DNA from: Gemmatimonadales bacterium
GTDB taxonomy: Bacteria; Gemmatimonadota; Gemmatimonadetes; Gemmatimonadales; GWC2-71-9
Assembly: GCA_035280265.1 (NCBI GenBank)
Contig: DATEGE010000147.1
Span: forward strand, 7,135 to 71,134
Direction: 5' to 3'
DNA length: 64,000 nucleotides
This document shows positions 62,916 to 64,000 of the stretch, in pieces; position 1 is the first letter of the stretch, and each line of letters begins with the position of its first letter. The translations under genes and the position numbers were made by a program. Below the pieces are notes generated by a model. The model had not been told where the DNA came from, did no database searches, and saw only the letters and a program-made list of their open reading frames with translations.

Positions 62916-64000
62916 TCCGGTATCGCGTCGAGGTGCGGATCGTTGCGCCGCGCGATCCAGTACAACGGAATCCCCAGCAGCAGCGTCACTCCACTCCACG
63001 CCCACGCCGTACCGATCGAGCGGGTCCGCGCCACCCACCCCCACACCGACTGGCCAATCACGCCGCCGCTGCTCGCGAACATCGAATCGAGGGAGATGAT
63101 CGTCGCTCGTTGGGCCGACGGGATGTGCGCGTTGAGATACGCCTGCTTGACCGGCATCAGCAGCCCGATCGCCACCCCGTAGAGCAGGTACAGCGTGACG
63201 ACCACATAGAAGTTCGTGAGCAGCCCGCAGGCGACCGCCAGCACCGCCTGGGCGGCGACCGACAACATCAGCAGCCCGGTCCGCGTCCGCACCACCCGGG
63301 CCAGCGGGCCCACGAGCCCGTTGCCCGCGATGAGACTCAGTCCCACGAGCGAGCTGATCACCCCGTCCACCCAGACGGCGTCGCGTCCCAGCAGATCGAG
63401 GAAGTAGCGCTGCCAGCTGTAGAAGCCGAAAATCATGAAGCTCATCCCCACGAGCGACGCGAACATCACCGGCCGCACGACGGGGTTGTGCCACCCGTAC
63501 CGCAGCCCCTCCACGAACACGCGCCGCATCTCGGTCGGGACGCGCCGCAGCTCGAGCGCGCGCGGCGTAAAGCCGAGCTCTGGCATCCGAAACCATGCCA
63601 GCAGAAACAGCGGGATGACCAGGGCCGCGCGCGCCAGGTAGGGAATGTCGAGACGAATCTGACCGAGCAGCCCACCGCCGATCGTTCCAACCAGCATGCC
63701 GGCGCCGAAGAACATCTGGCCGCGGGCGAACACGCCCTCGAGCGGCTCGGCGTACCCCGTCGTCTTGAGAGCGTCGACCAGCCAGGCATCCACGGCGCCC
63801 GTGTAGAACGTGTAGCCCAGCCCGAGCAGCACCGAAACGCCCGCGAACGCCCAGAATCCCCAACCGCGCCACGCGGTGATGACGTAGAGGAGCGTGGTGA
63901 CGAACAACGTGACGAGGCACAACAGCAACGACACCCGGCGTCCCACCGTGTCGGCGATCACTCCCGTCGGGATCTCGAACACCATCGAGCCGACCGTGAA
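62912..64000 (-). CDS. MFS transporter (N-terminus beyond the window end)
   Basis: ORF 62912..63985 continues open to 64000. MFS motif A is GVIADTVGRRVSLL. It has multiple TM segments. Confidence 0.7.
   Translation of the reverse strand, partial: FTVGSMVFEIPTGVIADTVGRRVSLLLCLVTLFVTTLLYVITAWRGWGFWAFAGVSVLLGLGYTFYTGAVDAWLVDALKTTGYAEPLEGVFARGQMFFGAGMLVGTIGGGLLGQIRLDIPYLARAALVIPLFLLAWFRMPELGFTPRALELRRVPTEMRRVFVEGLRYGWHNPVVRPVMFASLVGMSFMIFGFYSWQRYFLDLLGRDAVWVDGVISSLVGLSLIAGNGLVGPLARVVRTRTGLLMLSVAAQAVLAVACGLLTNFYVVVTLYLLYGVAIGLLMPVKQAYLNAHIPSAQRATIISLDSMFASSGGVIGQSVWGWVARTRSIGTAWAWSGVTLLLGIPLYWIARRNDPHLDAIPD

Noticed and set aside
1-64000. I searched for mobile elements, prophage, defence islands, toxin-antitoxin pairs, CRISPR, tRNA and rRNA.
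   Set aside because: I recognised no transposase, integrase, nuclease/helicase/ATPase defence-type ORFs, cloverleaf-like sequences or rRNA signatures. The gene content looks like core chromosome. A tRNAscan or Infernal run would be needed to exclude small RNAs formally.

Overview
This is a visibly GC-rich bacterial chromosomal segment; I did not compute the composition. The many secreted peptidases, Big_2/TolB-propeller proteins and several leaders without a Shine-Dalgarno (SD) ribosome-binding site suggest a Gemmatimonadota- or Acidobacteriota-like soil bacterium, but that is inference only. I count about 60 tightly packed CDSs, many joined by ATGA/GTGA stop-start overlaps. I recognised no rRNA, tRNA, CRISPR array, transposase, integrase, phage gene or classical defence gene. 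Recognisable content, in order: partial pncA; an argC-argB-argD-short GNAT operon with an ARG-box-like operator; S9, S41 and M1 peptidases; pncB; a GT2 / zf-HC2 / secreted-protein trio; glycosylasparaginase; an Omp85-like protein; saccharopine dehydrogenase; TetR; a membrane metallophosphoesterase; TPP E1-alpha plus dienelactone hydrolase; a Ser/Thr kinase coupled to REC-GAF-GGDEF; threonine dehydratase-gyrA; two amidohydrolases; selD; Usp; an RNase HI-like gene; dCMP deaminase; a cupredoxin fusion; an IPMDH-family enzyme; an APC permease; GGT; thiolase-SPFH-hbd; DUF2231; DUF116; an FAD oxidase; thyX; a LuxR response regulator; Zn-ADHs; an EF-G2-like paralogue; and an MFS transporter. Six things are most worth a second look. 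(1) A translationally coupled four-gene operon with its own promoter (two Ddl-like ATP-grasp ligases, a GNAT and a short lysine-2,3-aminomutase) is a candidate uncharacterised beta-lysine ligation pathway. (2) selD carries an in-frame UGA (selenocysteine) plus a downstream hairpin, which the ORF track hides. (3) There is a dispersed set of hairpins and arrays whose arms are tandem 7-8-mers, several lying in frame inside ORFs. (4) A nested-stem element of about 115 nt sits upstream of the gyrA promoter. (5) The RNase HI homologue lacks the catalytic Glu. (6) Two odd small proteins are present: a Lys/Arg-rich basic protein and a secreted DRRDIRx heptad-repeat protein. All start codons are judged by eye, and several are uncertain.
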